A DNA stretch of 64,000 nt from a virus. The stretch covers positions 60,827-124,826 of IMG/VR virus record IMGVR_UViG_3300022748_000015; one strand, written 5' to 3'. Shown in pieces: positions 32,735 to 40,941 of this stretch (position 1 is its first letter; every line of letters begins with the position of its first letter). Position numbers and translations under genes: made by a program. The notes below the pieces were generated by a model. The model was not told where the DNA came from. It saw nothing but the letters and a program-made list of their open reading frames with translations, and searched no databases.

Positions 32735-32917
32735 CGCAAGATAGAAATCTGAATAATTTCTATGACTGCTATCTGTATGCGAAACCGACCCTGGTGGAGC
32801 CATAGATGCAAACTGGTGAGGACATTCAGGTCCGGAGCCTGCAGCGACCATCTAGCATATAGAGCTCTTGGCGATAGCTTCCAGCATGCAAAAAACTGGT
32901 GAGCACGAAGAGCGAAT

Positions 32918-33006
32918 GGAAGATTGCCGGAGCGGCCGAACGGAACAGTCTTGAAAACTGTCGTGGTTAATAGCCACCGTGGGTTCAAATCCCACATCTT
33001 CCTCCA
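32918..33006 (+). tRNA. tRNA-Ser(TGA)
   Basis: GGAAGAT/ATCTTCC; ACAGT-CTTGAAA-ACTGT; long variable arm; CCA. Confidence 0.92.
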
Positions 33007-33008
33007 CT

Positions 33009-33080
33009 TGTCCCATGGTGTAATCGGCAACACTACGGTTTTTGGTACCGTCATTCTAGGTTCGAGTCCTGGTGGGACAG
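33009..33080 (+). tRNA. tRNA-Gln(TTG)
   Basis: TGTCCCA/TGGGACA; ACGGT-TTTTGGT-ACCGT. Confidence 0.9.
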
Positions 33081-33122
33081 CAGTTAAAAATAAAAATAAG
33101 AATTTCTAACATTTCTAATAAA

Positions 33123-33372
33123 AGTGTGTTAGAGTATAGACAACAAGATTTCGACGGAAATCTTGGAGTATGGCTGAATAACCTGCAAAGCTATATGGGG
33201 CAGGTAAGGCAGTGGCGGATCTTAGCGGATCGTCTTAGCGGACAAACGTCATGTGGGCTCAAAAGCGGATCTACTGGACCGTAATAGCTAGGCCCTGGTG
33301 GTAAAAAGCATTCCACCTATTCACACTAAACACCCTGGAACAAGCTCGAAAGAGTGCCAGGGTGTTTTATTT
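33123..33372 (+). ncRNA. Candidate structured ncRNA with own terminator
   Basis: Closing stem agtgtg/cacact; perfect hairpins 33144-65 and 33181-205; 4x GCGGA; terminator 33328-72. Confidence 0.45.
33328..33372 (+). terminator. Intrinsic terminator
   Basis: aaacaccctgg...ccagggtgttt followed by T run. Confidence 0.8.
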
Positions 33373-33389
33373 TTAACTGTATTTTTAGT

Positions 33390-33418
33390 TTGACTTCATG
33401 AATAAGTTATGTTAATCT
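33390..33418 (+). promoter_or_regulatory. SigA-type promoter TTGACT-17-TAATCT
   Basis: Consensus spacing; follows a terminator. Confidence 0.6.
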
Positions 33419-33561
33419 AATCTACTAACCGTGATGATGTATTGCAGTCAGCATATCCCACGTCCCCTAAAAAGGAAATAACGTCGGAGGACCATTTTCG
33501 CGAATTGGTGTAGCGGTGACTATGAGAATGATATAAAATAAAAGTAGCTGGACGCAGCTAC

Positions 33562-33632
33562 GCGGATATTGCATAATGGTAGTGCCTCATCCTTCCAAGT
33601 TGAAGGTGCGAGTTCGATTCTCGCTATCCGCT
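33562..33632 (+). tRNA. tRNA-Gly(TCC)
   Basis: GCGGATA/TATCCGC; CT-TCC-AA loop. Confidence 0.9.
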
Positions 33633-33659
33633 CGGTGCTTTGCACTTGGTTAAAATGCT

Positions 33660-33850
33660 ACATGTACAGGTTTCGCAAGGAGCCACATCGCCATCTTCGC
33701 GGGATGGGTTAGGGGTGTGTAGGGATCGTGACCCTAGAAACTACGGAGTAATCGAGAAGGTTGTGCCAACAACTGAGGGGCTGGTTTCCGGTCTAGGTTA
33801 TTTCATTGGCGATTAAACTCCATGCCCGGGAAGGCGTGGAGTTTTTTCTT
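33660..33850 (+). ncRNA. Candidate multi-hairpin ncRNA ending in a terminator
   Basis: Several GC-rich hairpins; long-range atcgcca/tggcgat; terminator 33815-50. Confidence 0.4.
33815..33850 (+). terminator. Intrinsic terminator
   Basis: aaactccatgcc-cgggaa-ggcgtggagttt followed by T run. Confidence 0.8.
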
Positions 33851-33871
33851 TATCTGTAGTAATGTAGTCGC

Positions 33872-34300
33872 ATGACAAAAATTCAAATTACTGCAACTAG
33901 TCCTGACTTTATGCCATCCTACGCAAAGCACGGTGATGCCGGTGCTGACCTTAAGTCAGCTATCGACTACGTACTTCTTCCTGGAGAGCGCTTCCTAATC
34001 CCTACTGGAGTCTCGATTGCACTTCCAGATAACTATGTAGGTCTAGTGCACCCTCGCAGTGGTTTAGCTGTTCGTAATGGCGTTACTGTTCTTAATACCC
34101 CTGGAACCGTGGACTCCGGTTATCGTGGTGAAATTAAGGTTATTCTTTATAATGCTGGCGATGCTGATTTTGTTATCCGTCGTGGAGATCGTATTGCTCA
34201 GCTAGTTATTCAAGAATTTGTATCTGCTGACTTTGAGTTGGTAGAGGTTCTCCCATCGTCAGATCGTGGCGAAGGTGGATTTGGTTCTACAGGAGTTTAG
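33872..34300 (+). CDS. dut: dUTPase
   Basis: [37 protein letters not shown]. Confidence 0.97.
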   Translation: MTKIQITATSPDFMPSYAKHGDAGADLKSAIDYVLLPGERFLIPTGVSIALPDNYVGLVHPRSGLAVRNGVTVLNTPGTVDSGYRGEIKVILYNAGDADFVIRRGDRIAQLVIQEFVSADFELVEVLPSSDRGEGGFGSTGV

Positions 34301-34317
34301 CTGTAGACTGATGGACA

Positions 34318-34391
34318 CGAGGTTTAGCTCAGCTGGTTAGAGCCCCGAACTCATAATTCGGTCGTCGTGGGTTCAAGTCCCACAACCTCGA
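34318..34391 (+). tRNA. tRNA-Met or Ile2 (CAT)
   Basis: CGAGGTT/AACCTCG; CCGAA-CTCATAA-TTCGG; identity not resolvable by eye. Confidence 0.88.
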
Positions 34392-34396
34392 CTCAC

Positions 34397-34481
34397 CCCT
34401 GCATGGTGGAATTGGTATACGCAGCTGACTTAAAATCAGCCGCCTTCGGGATTGCGAGTTCAAGTCTCGCTGCAGGGACCA
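34397..34481 (+). tRNA. tRNA-Leu(TAA)
   Basis: CCCTGCA/TGCAGGG; GCTGA-CTTAAAA-TCAGC; CCA. Confidence 0.92.
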
Positions 34482-34500
34482 TAATAGTAGTGGAGGAATA

Positions 34501-35112
34501 ATGCGACTAACCCCTACAACAATAGATGGCCTGATTCTCGAGGAGCTAGAAGACGGTATCTATCTAATTAGAAACTTTATTATTGATGAAGAGCATAACT
34601 ATCTTTTAAATGTTTGCAAGTCTGCTCCTGAATCTGAGTGGGCTGATTCGTATATGGAAACTCTACGAGGAGAAGTGGAGTATCGCCACGGTAAAGAAGA
34701 ATTGGCTAATATTCAAAACCATGTAAATGAGTTTTGGTTGGACAAATGTATCTCGGTCCCTGATCTAGACCTAAGCTTCAAACTTGCTGACAGATTGTAT
34801 AAATTTTTAAGCAGTGCTGGTACGCTGCTAGTTAAACCTTTTATCAATGTACAACGCCAATATACAGGTGTTTCTTTAGCCGAGCACCACGATCAGGCTT
34901 ACGACGAGAAGATAGCTTTTGCTAGTGTTTTATATCTCAATGAAGACTTTGTAGACGGAGAACTATACTTTCCTAACAAGGGTTTGAGCTATAGGTTTCC
35001 TGAGAAAAGCCTGGTTATTTTTGCTGCTGGCCCTGACTTTGTGCATGGAGTTAAGTCTGTCGGTGACGGTCCAACTAGATATGTCATTACCTCTTTCGTG
35101 TGGAGTTCATAG
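34501..35112 (+). CDS. 2OG-Fe(II) oxygenase (P4H-like)
   Basis: HHD..YLNEDFVDGEL..HGV..TR. Confidence 0.88.
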   Translation: MRLTPTTIDGLILEELEDGIYLIRNFIIDEEHNYLLNVCKSAPESEWADSYMETLRGEVEYRHGKEELANIQNHVNEFWLDKCISVPDLDLSFKLADRLYKFLSSAGTLLVKPFINVQRQYTGVSLAEHHDQAYDEKIAFASVLYLNEDFVDGELYFPNKGLSYRFPEKSLVIFAAGPDFVHGVKSVGDGPTRYVITSFVWSS

Positions 35113-35634
35113 TTGAGCAGTATCCGCGTAGGTATAGTTGGCTGTGGTCAAGTAGGTGAAGAATTGCTGTCTCTTCTGGATGGAGATAGTCAGATATCTG
35201 TAGCATCAATACTGGTTAAAGACACTACTAAGGCTAGAAAATACAATAAATATCTCTATACCAATTCCGTATCTGAGTTCTTTGACTCTGGGTTTGATGT
35301 ATTTATCGATGTTAGTAGTGATCACATATCTAGTTTTTATTTACTGGAGATCTCTTTAGCTGCTGGCTGCGATGCTATTTTGTGTAATAAAGAACTGCTC
35401 TGGACTAGCTCGGAAAAAATTCTAGAACTGTCTAATGCGTATGGGTCTGAGATCCTACTTAGCTCAATAGTCTCGTGTTCAGCTGACTATAGTAGACCGG
35501 TTGATACTTTATCTATAGATAATATTGGCGACTACTCTCCTGAAGAATTATACATATATAGAGGTGGAGGTCCTAAGGAAACTGCACTTGACATCTATAC
35601 TGATATCACTAAACTAATAGAAATGCCTCATTAG
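35113..35634 (+). CDS. Stand-alone homoserine dehydrogenase-like NAD-binding domain
   Basis: IRVGIVGCGQVG Rossmann motif; CNKELL resembles Hom ANK motif; catalytic domain absent. Confidence 0.65.
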   Translation: MSSIRVGIVGCGQVGEELLSLLDGDSQISVASILVKDTTKARKYNKYLYTNSVSEFFDSGFDVFIDVSSDHISSFYLLEISLAAGCDAILCNKELLWTSSEKILELSNAYGSEILLSSIVSCSADYSRPVDTLSIDNIGDYSPEELYIYRGGGPKETALDIYTDITKLIEMPH

Positions 35635-35697
35635 CTCAGCGGATAGAGCGTCCGGTTTCTACCCGGTAGGCCGTGGGTTCAAATCCTACATGAGGCG
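35625..35697 (+). tRNA. tRNA-Arg(TCT)
   Basis: GCCTCAT/ATGAGGC; TT-TCT-AC loop; overlaps the last 10 nt of the upstream CDS. Confidence 0.88.
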
Positions 35698-35713
35698 CTA
35701 TACTTAAATACAT

Positions 35714-35790
35714 GGTCCTGTAGCTCAGTTGGTTAGAGCGCCGCCCTGTCACGGCGGAGGTCGACGGTTCAAGCCCGTTCAGGATCGCCA
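35714..35790 (+). tRNA. tRNA-Asp(GTC)
   Basis: GGTCCTG/CAGGATC; CCGCC-CTGTCAC-GGCGG; CCA. Confidence 0.93.
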
Positions 35791-35844
35791 CTTTTTGCCA
35801 AAATATAGATATTCTGCTTATTGAAAATATGTTATTATCTATAT

Positions 35845-36447
35845 ATGATAGAAATATGCTCCTTTAATAAGTGTGTAAATAAGAAATACGCTCGTGACGT
35901 ATGTTCTGGCCACTATAGCCAATTAAAACGAAATCAACCCCTGAGACCACTAACCATTAAAGGTAATTCTGTAACTTCAATCCCTTGCTCTTTTCCTTCG
36001 TGTGTCAATAATCAGATATCTAAAGGGCTGTGTGGTGCCCATTGGCGTCAGCAAAGACTGGGAAAAGAACTTACAACCCTCTCAAATCAAGTCTCTATTC
36101 TAGATAGAATTAATAAAAATATAGAAAAAACTGAATATTGCTGGTCTTGGAATGGTAGGGTCTCTGGAAAAAAGGGCTATCCGCAGATATCTTTGTCTGG
36201 GAAACAAGTTATGGTTCATAGAATTATTTTTGAAGAACTGGTAAGGGTGCTGGAGCCTGGAGAAACTATAGACCATTTATGTAGAAATAGACTATGTGTT
36301 AATCCGGAGCATTTAGAGGCTATACCTTTAAGAGATAATGTTAAGCGGATGCACGCCTATAGATCATTATTATCTGAAAATAAACGGTTGGTTGACTTTA
36401 TAGAGTCTTTAGGGTATGATAAAAATACTCTAAAGAAACGAGAATAA
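35845..36447 (+). mobile_element. HNH (homing) endonuclease gene
   Basis: CW.W.G....GYP..; VHR; IDHLCRNRLCVNPEHLE; two N-terminal C-x4-C...C..H repeats; AT-rich; inside the tRNA array. Confidence 0.85.
36392..36420 (+). promoter_or_regulatory. SigA promoter TTGACT-17-TATGAT inside the HNH 3' end
   Basis: Near-consensus; upstream of 36451. Confidence 0.65.
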
Positions 36448-36450
36448 AAA

Positions 36451-36942
36451 ATGCAGTCATTTGTCCCCTCAACTGAATCTTTTGAATCTTGCGCACGTCT
36501 TCTAGACAACCGTCGCCTTAATAAAAATGCCCTTGAGGGTTGGCAGATTCTTATGACTCTACTCGAACTAGACCCGCAGGGAAATCACCGTGCCCCTAAA
36601 GGCTGGGTAAACCATCCAGCTGTAAAAATGTGGCGTGGTCATGAGATATCACTCTACCTATATATCCAGGCAATGGTGGATGAGTGGATTCGTCGTGGCT
36701 ATAAGTCAACTATTGGTGATAAAGCAAAGTCAACTATTAAGACTGCTATCTCGCTAGGCTTGCTTGAAAATACTCAAGCAGTTGCTCCGAGTTGGGTTAC
36801 TGATGCTAAAGTATTTAAGGAAGTTGCTGCATCTCATCGAATGGCTCTTCTTAATAAAGATTATGAATGGTATTCGCAATGGGGTTGGCCTGAAGACTCT
36901 GGAGTGAAGCCGGAAAGCTATGACTATGTTTGGCCAATTTAA
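36451..36942 (+). CDS. Pyrimidine-dimer DNA glycosylase-like (MSMEG_6728 family)
   Basis: MQSF.P...SA..LD.RRL.K...EG.QIL; W.NHPAV.MWRG.E. Confidence 0.8.
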   Translation: MQSFVPSTESFESCARLLDNRRLNKNALEGWQILMTLLELDPQGNHRAPKGWVNHPAVKMWRGHEISLYLYIQAMVDEWIRRGYKSTIGDKAKSTIKTAISLGLLENTQAVAPSWVTDAKVFKEVAASHRMALLNKDYEWYSQWGWPEDSGVKPESYDYVWPI

Positions 36943-36946
36943 ATCT

Positions 36947-37045
36947 TTGAAGGGCTATCCTTGTCGAAAGCATCGTATAAGATTTAAAGGTAGCTACTGC
37001 CCTAAATGTTATTTAGAGCGTAGAGATAAAGAACGATCCTTTTAA
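36947..37045 (+). CDS. Putative 32-aa zinc-ribbon microprotein
   Basis: MKGYPCRKHRIRFKGSYCPKCYLERRDKERSF; TTG start. Confidence 0.4.
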   Translation: MKGYPCRKHRIRFKGSYCPKCYLERRDKERSF

Positions 37046-37053
37046 TTGAATAT

Positions 37054-37128
37054 GGTCCCATAGTTTATCGGTTAGAACGCCGCCCTTTCACGGCGGTAGG
37101 GCGAGTTCGATTCTCGCTGGGACTGCCA
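37054..37128 (+). tRNA. tRNA-Glu(TTC)
   Basis: GGTCCCA/TGGGACT; CT-TTC-AC; CCA. Confidence 0.92.
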
Positions 37129-37129
37129 C

Positions 37130-37206
37130 GCCGCCTTAGCTCCAATTGGCAGAGCGCCGCCTTTGTAACGCGGATGTTATCGGTTCGAGTCCGATAGGCG
37201 GCTCCA
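37130..37206 (+). tRNA. tRNA-Thr(TGT)
   Basis: GCCGCCT/AGGCGGC; TT-TGT-AA; CCA. Confidence 0.9.
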
Positions 37207-37221
37207 TTGTAGGATTAATGT

Positions 37222-37764
37222 ATGCACTTTAATCCAGTAATTATTTCAGATGTCTTTTCTGAAGAAGATAAGTTGGCTCTACGTGAACTTCTTGATTCGA
37301 AGTCATATCTTAAGTCATGGGCAGATAAAGCCCATGATCGACGCATCCGTAAGTTTGCTGAACTAGAAGAATACTTTAGTAAGAAACTAGAACCACTTGC
37401 TCGTCAGATCTTTGGTGATGAAACCTTAAAGACAACTTATTCAGCATATGTTGACTACAACCAACCAACATCTAGACTTCCAATGCACCATGACCAGAAT
37501 GCGTGTGTATATACCCTTGACTACTGCGTCTCTCAGGTTACGCCCTGGGGTGTGGTTATTGAGGATGAAGAGTTCTTTATAGCGCCGGGCCAGGCTTTAG
37601 CTTTTATGGGTGGGCATGATGCTCATGGTAGATACGATATGCCAGATCCAGAGAATAATCGAGTGGAAATGATCATGTTCCACTTCTGCCCCGAGGACCA
37701 TTGGTATTTTACTGAGGGTCCTGATTATGTATATAAGCTATTCAAGGAATCTAAAGAAGACTAA
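37222..37764 (+). CDS. 2OG-Fe(II) oxygenase-like (subfamily B)
   Basis: HHD..YTLDYC..W....HGR. Confidence 0.75.
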   Translation: MHFNPVIISDVFSEEDKLALRELLDSKSYLKSWADKAHDRRIRKFAELEEYFSKKLEPLARQIFGDETLKTTYSAYVDYNQPTSRLPMHHDQNACVYTLDYCVSQVTPWGVVIEDEEFFIAPGQALAFMGGHDAHGRYDMPDPENNRVEMIMFHFCPEDHWYFTEGPDYVYKLFKESKED

Positions 37765-38069
37765 ACTTCCTTATTCCACCACTTGAATCCACGGGAGTGG
37801 TGCCTCCAAGTTGCTGGTGCAAACTCTTGTGTTGATTCCATTGCTTGGTTAAAATTCTTGTATACCAAGATGTAATGGTGGCAGTCCTCCTTCTCTGGAG
37901 GTATTCCGTCATGAGTAAAACAGATTGGCGCTGAGGTCCAGTATCGGGATGACCCGTAGCGTAGCCACTCCTCGAAAGTCATCTCTTCTTTACCGGGGGT
38001 GGGGTCTGGAAACCCTTGTTTAGCGTATTCGCTGATATCTAGGTTGTCCTCGTACTCGTTTTCTAACAT
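37761..38069 (-). CDS. Hypothetical protein; paralog of 31786-32019
   Basis: TFEEWLRYG..WTSAPICFTHDGIP. Confidence 0.65.
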   Translation of the reverse strand: MLENEYEDNLDISEYAKQGFPDPTPGKEEMTFEEWLRYGSSRYWTSAPICFTHDGIPPEKEDCHHYILVYKNFNQAMESTQEFAPATWRHHSRGFKWWNKEV

Positions 38070-38084
38070 GCTAAAATTATATCC
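38070..38084. promoter_or_regulatory. Overlapping back-to-back -10 elements driving two leaderless genes
   Basis: TAAAAT(+) at 38072-77 is 7 nt before ATG 38085; TATAAT(-) at 38081-76 is 6 nt before ATG 38069. Confidence 0.65.
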
Positions 38085-38645
38085 ATGCTAGAGCCAGTCA
38101 TAATTGATAACGTCTTTACAGACGAACAGATTGCTCGCATCCATGAGCTTAAGCATGAGCCTGGTCGAAATCGTGAATATGATCCATATTGTAGGCGATT
38201 TTTGGTATACAACAATGAGCTTGAAAGAGATTACAGCTCTCAGCTGGAACCTGTTGCTCGTGAAGTCTTTGGCGATCCAACTATTAAAACTAGCTATTCT
38301 TCCTATGCTAGGTATGCTTGGGAAGGGTCTAGGCTTCCACATCATCTAGATATGGATGCTGGTGAGTATACGATTGACTATTGTCTAACTCAGAAAACGG
38401 AGCCATGGCCTATCTATATAGATGAGAAGCCATACTATTTAGAACCTAATCAAGCTTTGTGCTTTGTTGGAAGTAAGCTCGAGCACTACCGTAAACCTCT
38501 TCCAGATCCAGAGAATAACGAATATGAAATTCTCCTATTCCACTTTGAACCTGGGAATAGTTGGTTCTTTGATAGATGTAAAGACTTCCAATTAGATTCT
38601 GATACAGATATTTTGAAGAGAATGGTCATCTTTGGAGATGAGTGA
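38085..38645 (+). CDS. 2OG-Fe(II) oxygenase-like (subfamily B)
   Basis: HLD..YTIDYC..WPIY...HYR. Confidence 0.75.
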   Translation: MLEPVIIDNVFTDEQIARIHELKHEPGRNREYDPYCRRFLVYNNELERDYSSQLEPVAREVFGDPTIKTSYSSYARYAWEGSRLPHHLDMDAGEYTIDYCLTQKTEPWPIYIDEKPYYLEPNQALCFVGSKLEHYRKPLPDPENNEYEILLFHFEPGNSWFFDRCKDFQLDSDTDILKRMVIFGDE

Positions 38646-39273
38646 TTTCCCTGTAGAGCTGGAGAAGTTTCTTACTGACTCCGAATGTCAGGAAATAATA
38701 GCCCTTCTATCTCCTAGGTGTATATCTGGAGATGAGCGTCCTACACATCGGGTAGCACTTGGATTCCCTAACTCGGAGATTGCCTCGGAGGTAGCAATTG
38801 ACAATCCAGCTCTTGCTTACTCGGGTGATCCACTTACTGACTCTCGAATACGGCTACTTACTTCAGCCTTAGTTAGTTCTAGAAAAGCTATCGAAATTGG
38901 ATTTAATCTTGATATGTCACTAGTTAATGCTAGCTATACGGAGTTCTACGAGGGCCCTGGAATCCCTATGCATTCTGATAGTACGAAGCTGGATGGCTCT
39001 ACCTACCGTGATGACGGTATTCCGGAAGAGCTAGAGTACTCAGCTGTTCTCTACCTTAACTCTGGCGGTGGGGTGGATTTCTCTGGTGGAGAGATAGAAT
39101 TTCCTAAGCAAGAACTTAAATACACCCCCTCGGCTGGATCTCTATTCTTCTTTAAAGGAGATGTTGAACACATCCATGAGGTTCATCCAATAACTTCTGG
39201 TGTTCGTATTGCATTAATTATGTTCTTTTCACGGTACGGTAATGTGTCATCAATGGGATTTTTTGAAGGATAG
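38632..39273 (+). CDS. 2OG-Fe(II) oxygenase (P4H-like)
   Basis: HSD..YLN...FSGGEI..HEV..GVR. Confidence 0.88.
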   Translation: MEMSDFPVELEKFLTDSECQEIIALLSPRCISGDERPTHRVALGFPNSEIASEVAIDNPALAYSGDPLTDSRIRLLTSALVSSRKAIEIGFNLDMSLVNASYTEFYEGPGIPMHSDSTKLDGSTYRDDGIPEELEYSAVLYLNSGGGVDFSGGEIEFPKQELKYTPSAGSLFFFKGDVEHIHEVHPITSGVRIALIMFFSRYGNVSSMGFFEG

Positions 39274-39275
39274 CC

Positions 39276-39956
39276 ATGGATAAATATAATGAGCTGATGT
39301 CTCTGGCTCCTTCAGGATTTAGTACTACGGATAGAGAGCATAGATTTTTTGAAAGATATCTAGACTCTGATCTATTAGAACTTGCAGCTAATCTTGAAGA
39401 TAGATATAAAAAGATCGAGGAAGCTAAGCTACTTGGGGTTACTCCAGTACTAGCTGAAGGTGAAGTCTTTTTAGAAGCCGGAAGTGTTTCTACTGCAAAG
39501 TGGCGTCAATATAATGTTTTTCAGTTTCATATCCCTGCTATTCATTCATTGTTTGTTGCAGTCTCTGAAATGGTTCATGAAGCCTGTGACTACTATGGCA
39601 TTGATTTTGATAAGCAGCAGTATATGGTCCAAGGTTGGTTCAATATTAATCACCGAGGTGAAGGTCTTTTAGGCTGGCACGAGCATGGATTAGAGGGTGC
39701 CCCTAACTTTCACGGCTACTACTGTGTAAATGCAGAGCCATCTGAGACTCTATACTCGGTGTTTGGTAAAACTAAGGTAAATGTGAATAAGAATAATAGA
39801 GCTATTCTCTCTGAGATGGGTCACCCGCATACCCAGATGGAGTGGGAGTGGCTTGGTAAAAGAATCACTATTGCTTATGATGTTGTTCCGCTAAAAGATA
39901 TTATCTCTAATAAGCATAAAGAAGAGTTCGAGCAGCACTGGATACCGCTGATTTAG
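39276..39956 (+). CDS. Putative cupin/2OG oxygenase-like protein
   Basis: WFNIN....WHEH...HGYYCV...HPH..RITIAYD. Confidence 0.55.
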   Translation: MDKYNELMSLAPSGFSTTDREHRFFERYLDSDLLELAANLEDRYKKIEEAKLLGVTPVLAEGEVFLEAGSVSTAKWRQYNVFQFHIPAIHSLFVAVSEMVHEACDYYGIDFDKQQYMVQGWFNINHRGEGLLGWHEHGLEGAPNFHGYYCVNAEPSETLYSVFGKTKVNVNKNNRAILSEMGHPHTQMEWEWLGKRITIAYDVVPLKDIISNKHKEEFEQHWIPLI

Positions 39957-39982
39957 AAGGTTTAATGTGTTAGCATGGTCTC

Positions 39983-40678
39983 ATGCTTAATATTGAATTT
40001 AGATCTGATGTAACTGTAGAGTTGATCAACTCTATGGCATCTGACGATGCTGTCGTCATGGCTGCCCGTGTATCCACTGGAGCCGAGGCCAATGAGAACC
40101 GAGATAAGGGCCTCATCAACTACCTAATGCGTGACCGTCACGGGTCGCCATTTGAGCACAATGCTTTTACCTTCTATATTGAAGCTCCAATCTTCGTCTT
40201 CCGTGAGTTCATGCGTCACCGCATTGCCTCTTACAATGAAGAGAGCGGTCGTTATAAGGAGTTGGCTCCTATTTTTTATACCCCTAATGAAGAGCGTAAG
40301 CTTGTTCAGCAGGGTAAGCCTGGAGCCTACATATTTGTAGATGGATCTAAGGAGCAGTTCTCTACTACTCGTCAAGAGATTTACATGGCTAGCAAGAGTG
40401 CATACGAGCACTATCAAGAGATGCTTAAGGCCGGAGTTGCTCGTGAAGTAGCTCGTGCAGTTCTTCCTGTAAATACTTATTCTTCAATGTACGTAACCAT
40501 GAATGCTCGTAGCTTGATGAACTTCCTGAGCCTGCGTACTACTCGTGAAGGAACCCACTTCCCTTCATTCCCTCAGCGGGAGATTGAGATGGTTGCTGAG
40601 AAGATGGAATGCTTCTTTGCTGAGAAGATGCCAGTAACTTATGAAACTTTTAACAAGAATGGACGCGTTGCTCCGTAA
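39983..40678 (+). CDS. thyX: Flavin-dependent thymidylate synthase
   Basis: HGSPFEH; RHRIASYNEESGRY; NARSLMNFLSLR. Confidence 0.96.
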   Translation: MLNIEFRSDVTVELINSMASDDAVVMAARVSTGAEANENRDKGLINYLMRDRHGSPFEHNAFTFYIEAPIFVFREFMRHRIASYNEESGRYKELAPIFYTPNEERKLVQQGKPGAYIFVDGSKEQFSTTRQEIYMASKSAYEHYQEMLKAGVAREVARAVLPVNTYSSMYVTMNARSLMNFLSLRTTREGTHFPSFPQREIEMVAEKMECFFAEKMPVTYETFNKNGRVAP

Positions 40679-40941
40679 TGTCTATAACTGATTTTGAATT
40701 CTCCGCTGACCCAGATGATGTTATCATCTCTAAGATAGGGTCTGCAGTTCAAGCTGCAATGGCTGCAAAAGAAGTATTAAATGATGCTATTGCAGAGGCT
40801 ATTGATTCCTCGTCTACCTTTGGCTATGAGCTGGGCGCAGAAGACATGAAGCTAAAGATTATTGAGGCGTTTGAGGCAGAAAGCACTGAATGTGTCGGCT
40901 GGGCTCTTGGGGTTATAAATGCAGCCTTATCACATAATTAA
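40678..40941 (+). CDS. Hypothetical protein
   Basis: Coupled ORF. Confidence 0.55.
   Translation: MSITDFEFSADPDDVIISKIGSAVQAAMAAKEVLNDAIAEAIDSSSTFGYELGAEDMKLKIIEAFEAESTECVGWALGVINAALSHN

Noticed and set aside
32813-32840. Hammerhead-like CTGGTGAG-GAC..GTC-CGGAG
   Set aside because: Invariant core positions differ (CUGAnGA and GAAA absent), and stems I/III were not found
32826-32846. SRP-RNA-like TCAGGTCCGGA...GCAGC
   Set aside because: The UCC-GNRA-GGA helix cannot form; CAGG pairs with CCTG instead
32695-33109. ORFs 32695-33054(-) and 32924-33109(+)
   Set aside because: Overlap clear tRNA genes
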